Assembly (NCBI RefSeq): GCF_006345805.1
Contig: NW_021835996.1
Coordinates: 1 to 64,000, forward strand
Source: Octopus sinensis
Taxonomy: Eukaryota
Length of the DNA: 64,000 bases
Direction of reading: 5' to 3'
The notes beneath the pieces are model-generated. The model was not told the origin of the DNA. It was given only the letters and a program-made list of their open reading frames with translations, and ran no database searches. Below are positions 23,447 to 41,750 of this stretch, piece by piece; positions within the stretch are counted from its first letter, which is position 1; every line of letters starts with the position of its first letter. The translations under genes were made by a program, and so were the position numbers.

Positions 23447-24545
23447 ATGGAATGTGGAGACCAAGTAAGGAATGTGCCAAATAATTAAGCCTGCCCCAAT
23501 CTACACGTATTTTGTTCATGACAGAAACTGTTCGTTTTGCGGCAAATTCTTCAAAAACAAAATCGATTTAATTCGTCATAAACGAATTCACACAAACGAA
23601 AGGCCTTTCAACTGCCAGATCTGCGGACGGTAAGCCACCCTGGTGAAACAACAGGTCATTCTCACGTAAATTCACTCTGAACATCCACATGCTCTCCCAT
23701 TCCTCCCAGAAGACCTTTTCTTGCATGATATGCGGAAGACCCTTCAAATACACCAACAGTCTCCGCAAACACATGAAACAACATTTCGGATTTGCCTTAA
23801 AAAACGTAAAAAACAGCCAACAATCAGAGAACAGAATCCTCCGCCAATGACCGACCAGATATATTGTCTGAACAGTCAACTTACACGTCACCCCTGCGGA
23901 CATTGTGGGCGTAGTTTCAGTCGTCCGTCTTCCCTGGCAGTCCACGTGAGGATCCACACAGGCGAAAGACCTTTTTCCTGCGATGTCTGTCCTGCCAAGT
24001 TTGTGACCAAATCGGCTCTGGTCGAACACCGAACTGTCCATTCTGGGAGGGACGAGTCTTTAAAGTGTCCGTTTTGTGATTCGACTTTCACACGCAAGTC
24101 GAGTCTCAGTCGCCACAAAGCGTCAATTCACGGAATCGGGCTTCGGAGGATCCGGTCTAGTCTGACTTGTCGTTTTTGTGTGAGAAATTTCAACGTTCGC
24201 CAAAATTTAGCACGACATGAAAAAACTCACCAAAAAACCAATTCGGAAAATTGGCTCCCCTTCTCGACAGAAGAAATCATTTTGCAGGAAAGTGACTAAT
24301 TTGAAAACGGAGGACAGTCCGTGGTGTACCCCTCCTGTTTCTACCGACTGACCAACAGAAAAGGACAGAAAGGGGTGTTTCCTTATAACTGTCAGTTTTG
24401 TGGAAAGGGGTTTGCGAGGGCGTCTAATTGGAGGAGACATGTCAGTACTTTTCCAAGGAAACAATACGAGCGTGGGACATGTCATTTGTTCTTTGCTTGA
24501 GCAGGCGCCTTGAGGAACCACGAACAGCGATATCACGTGTATTGA
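23447..24545 (+). CDS. Multi-finger C2H2 zinc finger protein, at least 7 fingers, with micro-introns; 3' end degenerate or uncertain
   Basis: Fingers include [24 protein letters not shown]|RSF, CMICG, CGHCG..HTGERPF, CDVC, CPFC, CRFC and CQFCGKGF. Introns of 25, 25, 29 and 21 nt restore one frame. Confidence 0.8.
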
Positions 24546-25212
24546 ACAACTATTCTTGTCAGACAATTACATATTTTATTGAAACTGCACTCAGAAAAGA
24601 AGGAAATGACAAAAATGACACAAACAGTGACAAACCAGAACATTCCATTGCCCATCATTCCGGTCAACGGTTACACAAATAAACCTCTCACGGTCTTTAA
24701 GTAAAAAAGCCTACACACTAAGACCCAAAACATACATTGCAGAATAACTTGCAAAAAAAAGCAAATAAAACAAAATCTCGTCTTCCAAGTCCAACATCCC
24801 AAATCAGCATTCAAATTTCCTAGAAGTGGAAAAATGTAAATGAAATGCTGAATATTGAATTACGACTACCATTGTGATATTTTGCCATAGCGGGAGGTGG
24901 CACTGTCGGGAACTGAGGAGATATCTGTCGTAGTAAAACAGTGCCCAATAAGCGAGACAAACCCCCTACGGACAATGAAAATCCAACACCAACCATCCCC
25001 ACGGGGAAGGCCAAAGCAAAGTAGAGGACGCTGTAGAAATCTCTGATTCGAGGGTATTTGGAGCTCAGGCAGCAGAGGATGCACGTCAGACATTGAAGTA
25101 GCTGGACTATATTTGTTGTGTATATCAGATTCCAGTTGGTCAGGTAATATAACTTGGGGACCCCGCAAAATTGTGTTATATTCAATTTATTTACTCTAAA
25201 ATAGAGAATCAT
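24533..25212 (-). CDS. AIG1/ADTRP (FAR-17a)-like membrane protein, possibly defective; start uncertain
   Basis: YLTNWNL, RIRDF...ALAFPVGM, AYWALFYYDR and LPLWQNITM|HF. A TAA occupies the Tyr position of the conserved VYP motif. Confidence 0.55.
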
Positions 25213-25299
25213 GTCATCATGGATGGACCCCTTCTATTCAAAACCTCTAGTCCCTCAGCAATGTCATTATTTGTGGTGATATGATTGCAAAGAGCTAAA

Positions 25300-26250
25300 A
25301 AATCAATCTCTCAACTCAAGAGAATCTCTACTCATCTCACACCAGAATACCGTCAAGAAAAGGCGACGCAATTTCTTCTCCTGACATCTCGCTGTGTACT
25401 ATAATTCTGGCCCCTGCTACTTCTTGGAAGGTCATTTACGACCTAAATTCTGACCACAACCCGACTATTATTGAGAATGCCCTAAAATCCAACATTGACA
25501 TTCAACGGCGTTGTTATACGAATTACAAAAGAGTTTCCTGGGACGACTACCATCTCGCTCTAGAAAAATCATTGAATGATTTCGACATTATCAACTTTTG
25601 TTCGACTGACGCAGCAGTCAATTATGCACTTATCATTTCCACGTCCAAAAAATTCATTCCTCAAGGAATTATAAATAATTTCTCCCAAAGTTACAAGCAC
25701 GAAGTAAACACCCTTATAAAGACACGTAACAAACTGAAACGGGAAAATGGAAAATCTGCTGTGTCCTTTATAGAACTGAGGAATCTAAACAAACAAATCA
25801 CTGCTGCCATAAATCGGCATATTGACTCGAAGTGGAGTCAATTTATTGCTTCTATTGATTACAGATCCAATTCCTCCAAAATTTGGTCAACCCTTAAAGG
25901 GATGAATGAATTGATGTTCGAAAAGCCAAAATAGCATGAGTCTGTTGTTTCTCGTCCCCGTTCAGATACGCCACTCAATCCGGCTAACACATTAATGAAA
26001 TATTACACTTCATTAAGTCACAAAACATCTAACAAAACGACCGGAAAGTAGCTAAATCTCTTAGAAGACTTCCCGTCAAAGATTCTATAACGACTTTCAC
26101 TAGGGAGGAAGTCTCGCAAAGTAAACTCCTCTGCAACTGGGCGTGACAACATTTAAATCATCTCAAAAGATTAGGCCATAATGCTATCAAAGCAATAGTC
26201 CCTATTTTCAACAATTCTCAATCTTTAGGTTACGTGAAAAATGACAGTGA
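25300..26250 (+). mobile_element. Degenerate Jockey/I-type LINE ORF2 fragment (end of APE plus linker)
   Basis: NSDHNP, YTNYKRVSWDDY, KKFIPQG and LIKTRNKLKR...KIWSTLKGM, followed by many stops. Confidence 0.6.
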
Positions 26251-26479
26251 ATACCAAAATATTGTAAATGCACTACTCCAAATCCCCGTACAAACTACAA
26301 ATACAAACTTATTAAAAAAGCGAATCAATTTATGATAATTGATGATCGGTATATTTGATATTCCTAATTCATAGTCTCGAATTGATTATCTGTTTGGACA
26401 ATAAAATTGAGATGAAGACACTGGCATTCGCTATTCACCAAGAATGCCATCGGGGAATATTAACAAACCATCCCCAGTC

Positions 26480-27130
26480 ACAAGTTTATAAATTTGAAAT
26501 AAATTAGGGTGTATTTGAGCGCTTTAACCAAACATTGACACGGGGTATGGCAAAACTGATGGATCAAGAAGGAACTTAAAATTGGAAACAATTTTTAGAC
26601 AAAGTAACTTTTTCCTATAATACGACACACCACTCGGCGATCAATGAGAAAGTTTAGGGGTATTCCTGGAATTAACACTGTGATTCATGAAATACCAGGT
26701 TATAATCTTATTTATAATTTAGATGAAAATAATGAGGCATCGTTTGTCGAAGATGAACTTAATGGTAAATTTAAGATGTATTTATTTTTAAAAACGAATA
26801 ATAAAATTTTTAATTTCACTCCTCCAGACATGAATTCAGCGTATTTTAAAAGAATGAATAAAAAGCTGGGACTACACAGGCCAAAATATGATTTTGAAAT
26901 AGGGAATGAAATATAATTAAATAATAACAGTTTAGATTCGAATCTTAAAAGATTGTGGGACGAATCCGTCATTAAAGCTACCCAGATTTGAATCCCCATA
27001 TGAAGAAAATGGAAAAGTAAAAATATAATGTCTAATAAGTTATTAATTGTTCTAGATGTTCCATTATTGTTAATTGTGACAAAAATTTGCTGTGGATGCT
27101 CATCGTTTATCGAAAAAACATTCAAAAGCA
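26480..27130 (+). mobile_element. Degenerate Ginger-like integrase copy
   Basis: GVFERFNQTLTRG, YNTTHHS, RGIPGINTV, YFKRMNKKLGLH and GTNPSLKL align with 59109-59836, including micro-intron remnants. Confidence 0.75.
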
Positions 27131-27258
27131 CAAATAAAATTAGATAATATAGATTCACAAAAAATAAACAATTATTCATTTCTGATATCCAATCTGATAG
27201 ACGTGATTGGGCATTTACTGTTACAAAGACTTTTCTAGAGGCTAATATTCCTCTACAC

Positions 27259-28426
27259 CAGTGGTTCCCAAACTGGGGTCCGCGAAATTTATTATATTTA
27301 TTTCATAATAGTTTTTAATTATTAAAATATATTAAACATCCACGCTTATATCTTGTTTCTCTTTTGAGTTAGTTGGTCAATTTTATAAGATTTTTAATGA
27401 GAAACAATAATTGCATAAGAGATTCCAAAAAATATTCAAAAAAGGTTTTTTTATAATTATAATTTTAGAAAAGAAAATATGATGAAAGCTACCTCTCATA
27501 TGTTTTCTCAGAATGGATCTGATTTACCACATACGGCAGAATGTGTAATATGCCATCATATAATGCCTAACACATCTCTTGTTCCTGCCAAACTATCAAG
27601 ACATTTATTGATGAAGCATCCTCATTTAAAGGATAAAGATATTTCTTTTTTTCAAAACAAATTAAATGCATCTACAAGGTGCAAGTTGGAAATGTCCAAT
27701 TTTGCGAAAGACGACAATTTAAAATCGACCAGAGCATCTTATGAAGTATATAATTATTTTAATCAAACAGGTGAGTTATCTTGTAGCACGTTGTGGAGAG
27801 GCACATACAATTGCCGAAAATCTTATAAAGCCATGTTCAAAAAAATCATCGAGTGTATTTATGGCGAACAAATGTCTAAGAAACTGGATCTTGTTCCTTT
27901 GTCAAATAATACTATTTCAAGGCGAATTCAGGAACTTTCGGAAAATATTGAAACACAGTTACTAATTCGTTTGAATAATTCGAATGGTTTCGCTATTCAA
28001 ATTGATGAATCTACTGATGTTGAAGGATTGGCAGTTTTATTGGTTTTCGTTCGATACCCTTTTGACGATATTACTGAAGAAGACATGTTAATGTGCGAAT
28101 CGTTGGAGAGTAATTGTACTGGGGAAAATATTTTCAACACTATTAAAAATTTTTTTTGCAAAAAACATAATAATATTGCATTCTTTGCCGTTTTACAAGA
28201 GTATCTCGAAGAATCCGCTGATATGAGGATACAGTTGTCAACAATAACTCCCAACGTTACACAACTATGCTATGATAAAAAATTACCTCAATGTTCACAT
28301 TAAAATTGTTTTTTGTTATTACTATTATGTTTTAAGTGAAATTATAATAATTGAATTGGAGGGGTTCCGCAAAAAATTAATTAGCCCAAAAGGGTTCCGC
28401 GAGCACCTTAAGGTTGGGAACCACTG
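27259..28426 (+). mobile_element. Internally deleted Buster-type hAT (ZBED8/SCAND3-like), 1168 bp
   Basis: TIR CAGTGGTTCCCAA at both ends. Perfect TSD CTCTACAC at 27251-27258 and 28427-28434. BED finger (CVIC..KLSRHL..H) and QIDESTDV. Confidence 0.93.
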
Positions 28427-28439
28427 CTCTACACAAAAT

Positions 28440-30455
28440 GAGGTACCTTTCAATGATTCGACTGTTTCAAAATGATACATTTTAGCTTCCGTCAGAAAAC
28501 TGAAAATGAAGATTATACGATGAAAAATGCATACATGGATCTAGAATCAATTAAATTTGATTCAGATAGACATTCGGTTTCTTGCGCCACAGATGGTGCA
28601 ATGTGGGAAGTATAAAAGATTTGTAGCTTATTTGAAAAAAATTTGTCCTAATGTGATTTATATACATTGCGTTCTACATAGACACTATTTGGTTTCAAAA
28701 GCTCTTTTACCAATTCTACATGAAACGTCAAATATAGTTATTAAAACCATCAACAAAAATAAAGCAAATAGCAAGTATGATCGTCTTTTTAGAAATTTTC
28801 TTTGATTTGATTATTAATAATGAATTCATTTTAGTTAGTTAGTAACTAATTTTACTTAGTATTGTCTGTTGTATATAAAAATATTATAGTGCATCCCAGA
28901 AAGATAAATAATAATCCTATTATTATAAAGAATAATCCTAATATTATAAATACAAATCCCAAAAAGATAATTTTTGTATTCTTGTTGTTATGGCTCGTAA
29001 GCTTAGTCTTGAGTTAAAGATCAAAATTGCCAAGGAATTAAGTGAAAATAAACATCTTACTGAACGAGATATTGTAGATAAGTACAAAATTAGTAAAGGT
29101 TTTTTATTAATGTAAGTTTTTAGGCGCTGTGTCACGTATTAAAAAAAATTATCTCAATTTTTTTAATACTGGGGCTGTTCAAACAGATTTTCCCAGAAAT
29201 ATTCAACGCTCTCCTCATACTTTATCCCAAAAATTGGATAAAATTGTTTTTGAGGCTTGCACCAAGACAAGGGAAGAATTTATTCCTGTGTCCGGTCCTC
29301 TTTTAAAAATATTGCTTCCAAAGTAGCAAGGATGTTGAATTATTCGGCGTTCAAAGGGTCCAATGGCTGGTTGGAAAAATTTAAGAAAAGACATATGTTG
29401 TCATTTAAGACAATTAGTGGAGAGAAAAACTCTTCCGATGTTTCTTTGCTTGATATGTTTTTTTCCAAGTATGATGAATACGTAAAAGAATATGGTCTTC
29501 AAAATATTTTTAATTGCGACGAAACTGGGTTATATATTAAAAGGATATCTTCAAAATCATTTGTAAGTTCGGATGAAGATTGTTTCGGAATTAAAAGGAA
29601 TAAAGAAAAATTCACTATTCTTTTGTCGGTCAGTGCTTGTGGCGAAAAATTGAAGCCATTGTTAGTAGGAAAATATAAATCCCCACGTTGTATGAAAAAC
29701 TTTAACCCTGAAGAACATGGAGTTTCATATTCATTATCTAAAACAGTTGGATGACATCAGAAATATTTATTACATGGCTCACCATTACAAATGAACAAAT
29801 GATTACGCAAAAGAGAAAAATTGTTTTGTTACTTGATAACGCAAGCTGTCACAAATATATCCATCTTTCCAACATTGAATTGTTTTTCTCCCAAAAAATA
29901 CAACCTCATTAATTCAACCGTTAGACATGGGTATTATTAAATCTTTCAAGTCCAATTATCTTAACGCTTTATTGGATTTTACTCTTTATTTTGAGGACGT
30001 TGAGTTACAAATTGTTAATTTAAAAAAATAAATCTTCGTCATGTCATAATAATTGTTGGAAAAACATGGCAAAATTTAAATCCTGAAACAATAACGAATT
30101 GTTGGGAAAATTAATAACTGTCGGCAACAGATTCCTAGTTCAAATTTTTAGTTAACAGTGAGAAAGAAAATTTGGACACGATAATTGCAGACGTAATTGC
30201 TGAAAATGAAGAAGAAAATAATGATCCGACATAGAATATTTAGCAGTAAACATCAATATCAAGGGTCTCACTAATAATTTTTAATAAAAATTCAATTTTT
30301 TACATTTGATTTATTATTTTATATTTTGATTTTTGAATTATATACAAAAAAACCAATTAAGGGACAATGCCCAAAAATTTTTAAATTGTATGTGGACAAA
30401 GGGGCTATAAAATTTCAAAGGGGGGCGATGAACAAAAAAAGGTTGAGAATGCCTG
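28440..30455 (+). mobile_element. hAT remnants: transposase fragment at 28557-28805 and an orphan right end at about 30380-30455
   Basis: FVAYLKKICPNVIYIHCVLHRH. Terminus GGTTGAGAATGCCTG followed by CTCTAAAG. No matching left end found. Confidence 0.55.
28990..30240 (+). mobile_element. pogo/Tigger-type transposase pseudogene with a 25-nt intron at 29099-29123
   Basis: HTH KYKISKG|AVSRIK, FKGSNGWLEKFKKRH, IFNCDETGL, LLLDNASCH and IQPLDMGIIKSFK. Frameshifted. Confidence 0.85.
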
Positions 30456-31325
30456 CTCTAAAGTATTAACTAAAGAGAGGAATTACAAGCCGGAAAATAT
30501 TAATGATTATATCATTTCTATGTACAATAAATAATTTTTTTAATATGCTTTGAAGAATAATTTTTTTCTCTTTGATCCTCCAAATTTTAAAAAATGCTAT
30601 TTTTTGCTATTTTTTAAAAAATTGCTATTTTTTGGTTGCCCTAATAATTAGTTTCTCTTATTGCTTGTAACATACTTGCTCGAAGGGATTTTAGAAAAAA
30701 TCAAACGTCAATTAATGAAAATAGATTGTGATAATTTCTTAAATTGCTATTGAAAAGCGGATTGCCAAATGTCTGGTTCCTTTTCTCGTATTTTGCATTA
30801 TACTTGATATTTCTTGATGATTGTGACAATTTAATAAATCTAAATGTTACTTTTCATCTTGGAATCGGATACAAAATTTTTTTTAATACAAAAAAAATAA
30901 TTAATTATTCAAGAACCATCTGAAGGTCCTCGGAGTGGAGGACAGGGTGAAGTATATCCAGACACTCGTGTTGCGGAAGACTTTAGAGAGGATGTGAGCT
31001 GAGAAGAGGCATGGGTTATCGATCCCTGTTGAAGGAGTAGCCCCTGAACATAGATCTGCCCATCCGTGCACTTAACGTGGGGTCGGAGAGGATGTGGTTG
31101 ACGTAACAAAATACTACCGATTACAAAATCCTACCAATTACAAAATCCTATAATTAGTTTGCTACATTTTAGGAAAGTATAAAATTATCCAAGTAAGCTC
31201 AGTTGCTTATTCCGCTGAGCAGGTTAGCGAGTTTGAGTTGATTAACAACCGAAAATCGAAAATTATTTTTAAGTAAGCAATCCTTATTTAAAAAGCCTTA
31301 ATCAAAAAGTTTTGTGACCTAATTA

Positions 31326-36329
<5,004 letters not shown>

Positions 36330-36618
36330 AGTTAAACGTTAATTAGGTTAAATAAATCTTATATCAGAAATAAACATGTTTATAATTATTTTATTAACAA
36401 CAATTCCGCCTAATTGCCGTAACAGCAGGTTAGTCTCACAAATCAGTTATTCCATACTTCGAGAAAGGTCCTGGGTTCATTTGCTAGTTGCGGCTATATT
36501 TTAATTAAAAAGAGTTTTTCAATTAAAGTTTTTTTAACAAAAAATTTAAACGTTTTGTTATTTTGTGCAAAAAATAATTAATAGATATTTTAAAATTGAT
36601 GTGTGTTGTTACACAGTG

Positions 36619-37701
36619 ATGGGAAAAAAACAGTTAAAAACGAAAAGAAATGGAAAATGTATTGCCCCAACAGAACAATACCGTATCTAAAAATACTAAT
36701 TTAAAAGGAAAGTATTTAAAACACAAAGAACTGAAAAAGAATAAAAAACAGCGAACCACAACAAGGAATAATCTTCTTAGCGGAAAAGACCCACATCAAA
36801 TACTAAACGAATTGGAGGAATTAGACCGACAAGGTAATCCCTGCTATTTAACTCAGAATTCGAATCAGGAGACCCACCAAAGTTCCACCCCTCCGTCTAC
36901 AAAGATAAACGCAAAAAACTACGAGAAACCTTTGAAAAAATCATCAAATTTTTAGTATCAGGCAGTCCTAATCCCAGCAACAAAACGAGGAGTCTTCCCA
37001 GGCAGACAATCTGCGGAAACTCCTAAAGAACTACGACTACACCAAACTGCAGAAAATAGCCCTTCTGGGTAGAATCAGCCCCACTGAGTGACTAGAGAGA
37101 AGGAGAGAGGGCCAGTCGATCAGTTTGGAGGACATTCCCCTGCCACGTGACCTCCCTCCCACCATCCAACATCAAGGGAGACCATTCCTAAAAGGGTGAC
37201 CAAGCAGGTTTTGGGGAAGCCTCCTCCCCCGCCGGCCTGTTCTCCCCCCGAGTTGAGCAGTGAGGAGGAAGTGGAGACAAGTTTGGGTGTTTTCCATGGG
37301 AGTGTAGACTGGGAGTATTCTAGATTGGAATTCGAGAGGGAAATGGCCAGATATGAGGAGAATGTCAACTTTCCTTACCAATTGGTGAATCCTGTGTGCA
37401 CTGTTGGCCACTACGAGGAGGCCTTGGGGTCCTGTGGGCAGACGACGGGGAGTACTATCGAGTCGAAGCCACAAATCCGGAATCTGAGGGAGGCGGCGAC
37501 TTGCTTTAAGCCGACGACACTGAGAGTGGAGAGACAATACAAGGACGGAAAAGGGCGATTGAGGACTACTGGTTATAGGCCGAGTTGGTGTGTTTGTTAA
37601 GTTTAGAAAAATGGACTGACCCCCTGTCGATTGGAGGGGAGGGGCAGACCGAGGATGAGGCCTACGATCAGTTTATGAAGGAGATTAACGGGCTTTTATA
37701 A
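36619..37701 (+). CDS. WBP11: WW domain-binding protein 11 (splicing factor)
   Basis: MGKKQLKTKRNGKCIAPTEQYR|KYLKHKELKKNKKQR...KDPHQI, a proline-rich core, and C-terminus DEAYDQFMKEINGLL*. Confidence 0.88.
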
Positions 37702-37758
37702 CATTAAATAAACGTTATTTTATAAGACAGGAATATTAATTATTTATTAATATATTTG

Positions 37759-38779
37759 ATGTATAATTGGACGAGGATAGCGTCGGTGTCAATTCGAAAG
37801 TGGAGTGAATATGTGCCCAGGAAAGTATTCACGACCAATTCCAGGAAGACAGAGGAATTAAATCTATTAATATCCACAATAAAACCGTATTTATGACTAA
37901 TGAGTGGTAAAGTGAGGACGTGGGCATAAAGGCTCCTCTCAAAGTGAGAAGTCGGTTTATTCTCAACTATTCCCTCAGGCTACGATTTACGCTCGATGGA
38001 CTACACTCCAACCCCACTGAAATGCCAACGCACAGGCGGAAGGAACGCCCATGGTTGATTGACCAAGCAAACGAGTAGGCCGAATCATCATCGACCGGAT
38101 TGGCGGGGGGTTCCACAAATATTTCTGTTGGGCTTGTTCACGGAAAGGCACTCCCGGGAGAGTGGTGGAGGAAAGAGTGTGTGAGGTGACTCCTAGTCAT
38201 AATCGTAGCTCAAAAATGACGACTGGCACAGTGCGACGCTGGCCTTGGTCGCGGGGGGTGATGTCAGGCGGTGGGTGGTGGCCACTCCTGACATGAAAGT
38301 GGGGGACATAATCCGGACATACGGAGACATCCCCAAAGTGCCCAGTAATATATCCACTCATTTCCAGTCCTCGGCAGACCAGGAGACGCCCATCCTCTGG
38401 GTGCTCTCATTCCGGGGTCTCATGTCTGCTGTGTCGAGTTCTCCCCCAACGGTGGACAGAAAATAGCAGTGTCGCAGTGTTGGTGAATAAGGGAGTCTCC
38501 CTGTCCTAATGTGCAGATGGGGGAGTCCGTCCTTCTCCGTCTCCCCAGTGGACAGGAGTATGTGTTGAGCAGTAAGTGCATGTGTGTGGTGGGGAGGGTG
38601 TCCAATGTGGGTCACCGCGATGTCAAGTTGACCACGGCGGGAGGAGATTGGGTGTGCGTCCTCGCAGTTTTCAGAGGAAGGGAGGACGCTTTGGCCGTAA
38701 AATCAAAAAGCCGGGAAAACCCAAAGTGTATAAAATTAGGGAGAAAAGACACACCGATATTTATCCCCTGTCTGTCTAA
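37759..38779 (+). CDS. MRPL2: Mitochondrial ribosomal protein L2 (uL2m), with at least one apparent frameshift near 38640
   Basis: RTGGRNAH|GRI..RIGGG, ALVAGGDVRRWVVAT, GDAHPLGAL, LPSG..GRVSNVGH and LGVRPRS..RKGGRFGRKI. Confidence 0.88.
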
Positions 38780-39452
38780 TATTATTCCAATAAATGTTTC
38801 CTGATCTTGTGGTGTATAGAAATTACTTATGAAATCATCTTAATTCCAAAAAATTCATTTTTAAGGAATAATAATAAGTTCTGTCTAAGTTACATCCACG
38901 AAATAAACTTGTTCGTAAATCAAACGAGTCTACAAACAACTAGTCGATCCCGTACTAAATTACGCAAGTCCGAACTGGATTCTCTGTCTATTTACAAGCC
39001 CACTGAGGAACACCAATCAGTACAAAACAGGACAATGTGTATTATACCCGAATACCTGAAATAACACTCATCGACTAACTGCATTTTAAAATTTATCTTC
39101 TCTTGATAGAACATTTAAATATGAGAGAAACACAATTCTTATTCGCTTATCCGACCACCCTTGCACTGCTCTAAACATGCAAAATGATAATGGCTGTTTA
39201 CTAAAAAGTACGCCAGCAAAACAATACTCATTTCTAAAATCAATGGCCGACGATTACTCAACTAATCATTTTTCCACTCTCCTGGTCTTTCCCTATCCGC
39301 ACAAAATTTGACATTCACTTCTCTTTGGAAGCAACCTGGGCTACTGTGAGACAGATTGCTTTTAAGTAAGGCTAAGAAGTCACAAATAATTATGACATCA
39401 AGTCAGAAAATCCATTTGGACAACACGATCAATATTTTTAGTTTTATGCGAT

Positions 39453-39990
39453 GGAATAGAGGAGATCCGGTATATCGAATATGAAATAGCAGTGATGGTC
39501 TATGAGGTGAATCGAGACCAGAAGTTTAGTCCGATTTTAAGGGAATTGCAGAATACCGAGGAGTCGGTTTAGAAGGGTTTGACTGCATTTTCTACGATCC
39601 CACGAAATACACCTACTGTTAGGTCCTTCAGATTCGAGCAAATGTATTTTTTGTAATTTTTGACTGTATCTGGATGAGAGATTAATTTTTCACGTTGCAT
39701 ATCCATTTCTTGTGTTCTCAATAATGTTTTTTGTAATGTTGTTATGTTTCTTATGTTTGATACCATGTTTCACCAGGTTCAAAACCAGGCTGAAGGTGAC
39801 AATAATCATTCTTTGATCGCTGACAATTGTTGAACCTTCGTATGAGTGTGCGTTTATAAGAGAGCGTTTTTCATCAATCCGGCAAATGATAATGTCGATT
39901 TGGTTGTATATAGGAACAAGTTTTCCATCTGGGTTTATTTGTTTGCCCATCCAGATTATGTGTCATACACTATGGGAGAATGCTATGTTT
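39453..39990 (-). mobile_element. LINE fragment (APE C-terminus and linker)
   Basis: YNQIDIIIC...SDQRMIIVTF. Shares about 360 bp with 18703-19060. Confidence 0.7.
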
Positions 39991-40447
39991 CACAAGAAAA
40001 ATTTGTTTGTTTTAAGAATAAAAATGATAAACTTTGCTAATTGGAGTTTTCTTGATTAATTCGTTTTCTACAGTAATTGGATTGAAAGGACTGTTGCAGC
40101 ATTATTTTAAAGACGTTCAATGTTCCTGATTGTCAACTGAATCGCCGAATTATGGTTATTTATATGCATTTTCTGTTGTTTCACTTTATAAATACTTTGC
40201 GGATTGTTAGTATTTTTCTGGATATTGTCTTCAAAATTCTCCAGTATGTTTAATATAGATAGAGCTTCGGCATGACAATGACAGCTATAAAGTTTGAGTT
40301 CCCAAATATCTGTCACAAATGATTCTCTTTATATTTGTGATGCATTTTGTTCATGTAAAGGATATCTTTTATGCCTTTAATTGACTTTTGTGCATATTCT
40401 TGGTATTTTGGTCCATTTTTGGCGAATATCTTGATAATTCAGTTATA

Positions 40448-41180
40448 CACTTAATGCAGAAAAAAAGCGACCACTTAAAAATAATGCAATTCATCATGGT
40501 CCTGGTCATCTTTTAAAAAATTTTAAAAGCTAACAATATGTTATTTCTATTGATATAGACATTTAACTCAAAAAATTGAGTATTCGCATTGTAAAATTGT
40601 CTTAACAATGATTTTTTGAAAATCTATTTCTACTAAAAAAGTGACCACCTAAATATTTCCTTAAATATTAAATTTTTTATCATTATTTTTTTAAATAAAT
40701 ACTTTTCAATGCCTAAGCACTTGTCTGACATGGATAAAATATTAATTGCCGAAGATTTAAGGAACGGACTGTCTCAAAGACTTATTGCCGTAAAATACAA
40801 GATTTCGAAATCGGCGGTGCAAAAAATACATTCAAAAATACAAAATAATGAATCTGTCAAGAAGAATAGGTTCTGGAAGGCCATTAAAATTATCAAATGA
40901 CATAAAGCACGATATCTTTAAATATCATGATATCGATCACTTAATTACGTTGAGACAAATTAAGGATAAAATTGAACACGATCATGGTATCACAATATCA
41001 ACATCAAGTATATCAAATACGTTACGATCTGGCGGTCTTATTACCAAAACACTAGTTAAAAAACCACTTTTAAGACGGGTAAACATTAAAAAAATTATTT
41101 TCGGATAAATGTGGAAATGGAAGACATATTATTTATTAACTTTCTGTGGTACTTTTTTTGGAAACTGTTTTTTAATCATC
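40448..41180 (+). mobile_element. Tc1 element 5' half (left TIR plus N-terminal transposase fragment)
   Basis: TA-CACTTAATGCAGAAAAAAAGCGACCAC with an inner repeat AAAAAAGTGACCAC. MPKHLSDMDK...SKSAVQKI...GSGRP...KKPLL. Confidence 0.75.
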
Positions 41181-41499
41181 TTTATCACCAACTAATAAAA
41201 ATAAATAGTCGATTTTAAAAATAGTTTTCGTGGGTTTTTCAAAAATAGAAATTGTTAACTTTTGAAATTTTTTGGACTTGTAGTTATCTAAATTAAAATA
41301 GTCAAAAATTCAAAATTTCAAATAAAATTTTCCAAGAGGCTGAGATTTTACCCACAATTACGTACTTCCCAGAAAAACATGGTTAATAAATCATTCACCT
41401 TACGTCAGTTCTAGTGGAACTTATATATCATTCTAAATCGAAAATGTATTATTTTTCCAATTTTCAACATTTTAAATGAAGTTATCATGTTGATATTCT

Positions 41500-41750
41500 A
41501 ATAATTTTTTTAATAGATAGGAATTGAAATCAGAAACTAGTAGACCTATATGGACCTGGGGGCAGTTCGACGAAGACGCACTGCGGATCGAGAAACAGTT
41601 CCGCGTAGAATAGAGACCGTGACGTGCTGGAAGAGCTACCTCGCTTCCCTCCGGTCATGCGTCTTCAGACAATTTTATCGCCGAGCATACGCAAAAAAAT
41701 TTCTTGGCTCTTTACCGACCATAATAAGAATATATTTAAAATATGGAAGG
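41500..41750 (-). mobile_element. CRE 3' fragment (inside the duplicated unit)
   Basis: GKEAKK...GDKIVLKTHDRREAR*LFQHV.VSILRG. The 3' flank CGCAGTGCGTCTTCGTCGAACTG resembles 50738-50762. Confidence 0.7.

Noticed and set aside
30909-31109. GC-rich patch or 66-aa ORF
   Set aside because: No identifiable domain. It is possibly a decayed LINE tail, but I cannot support a call.
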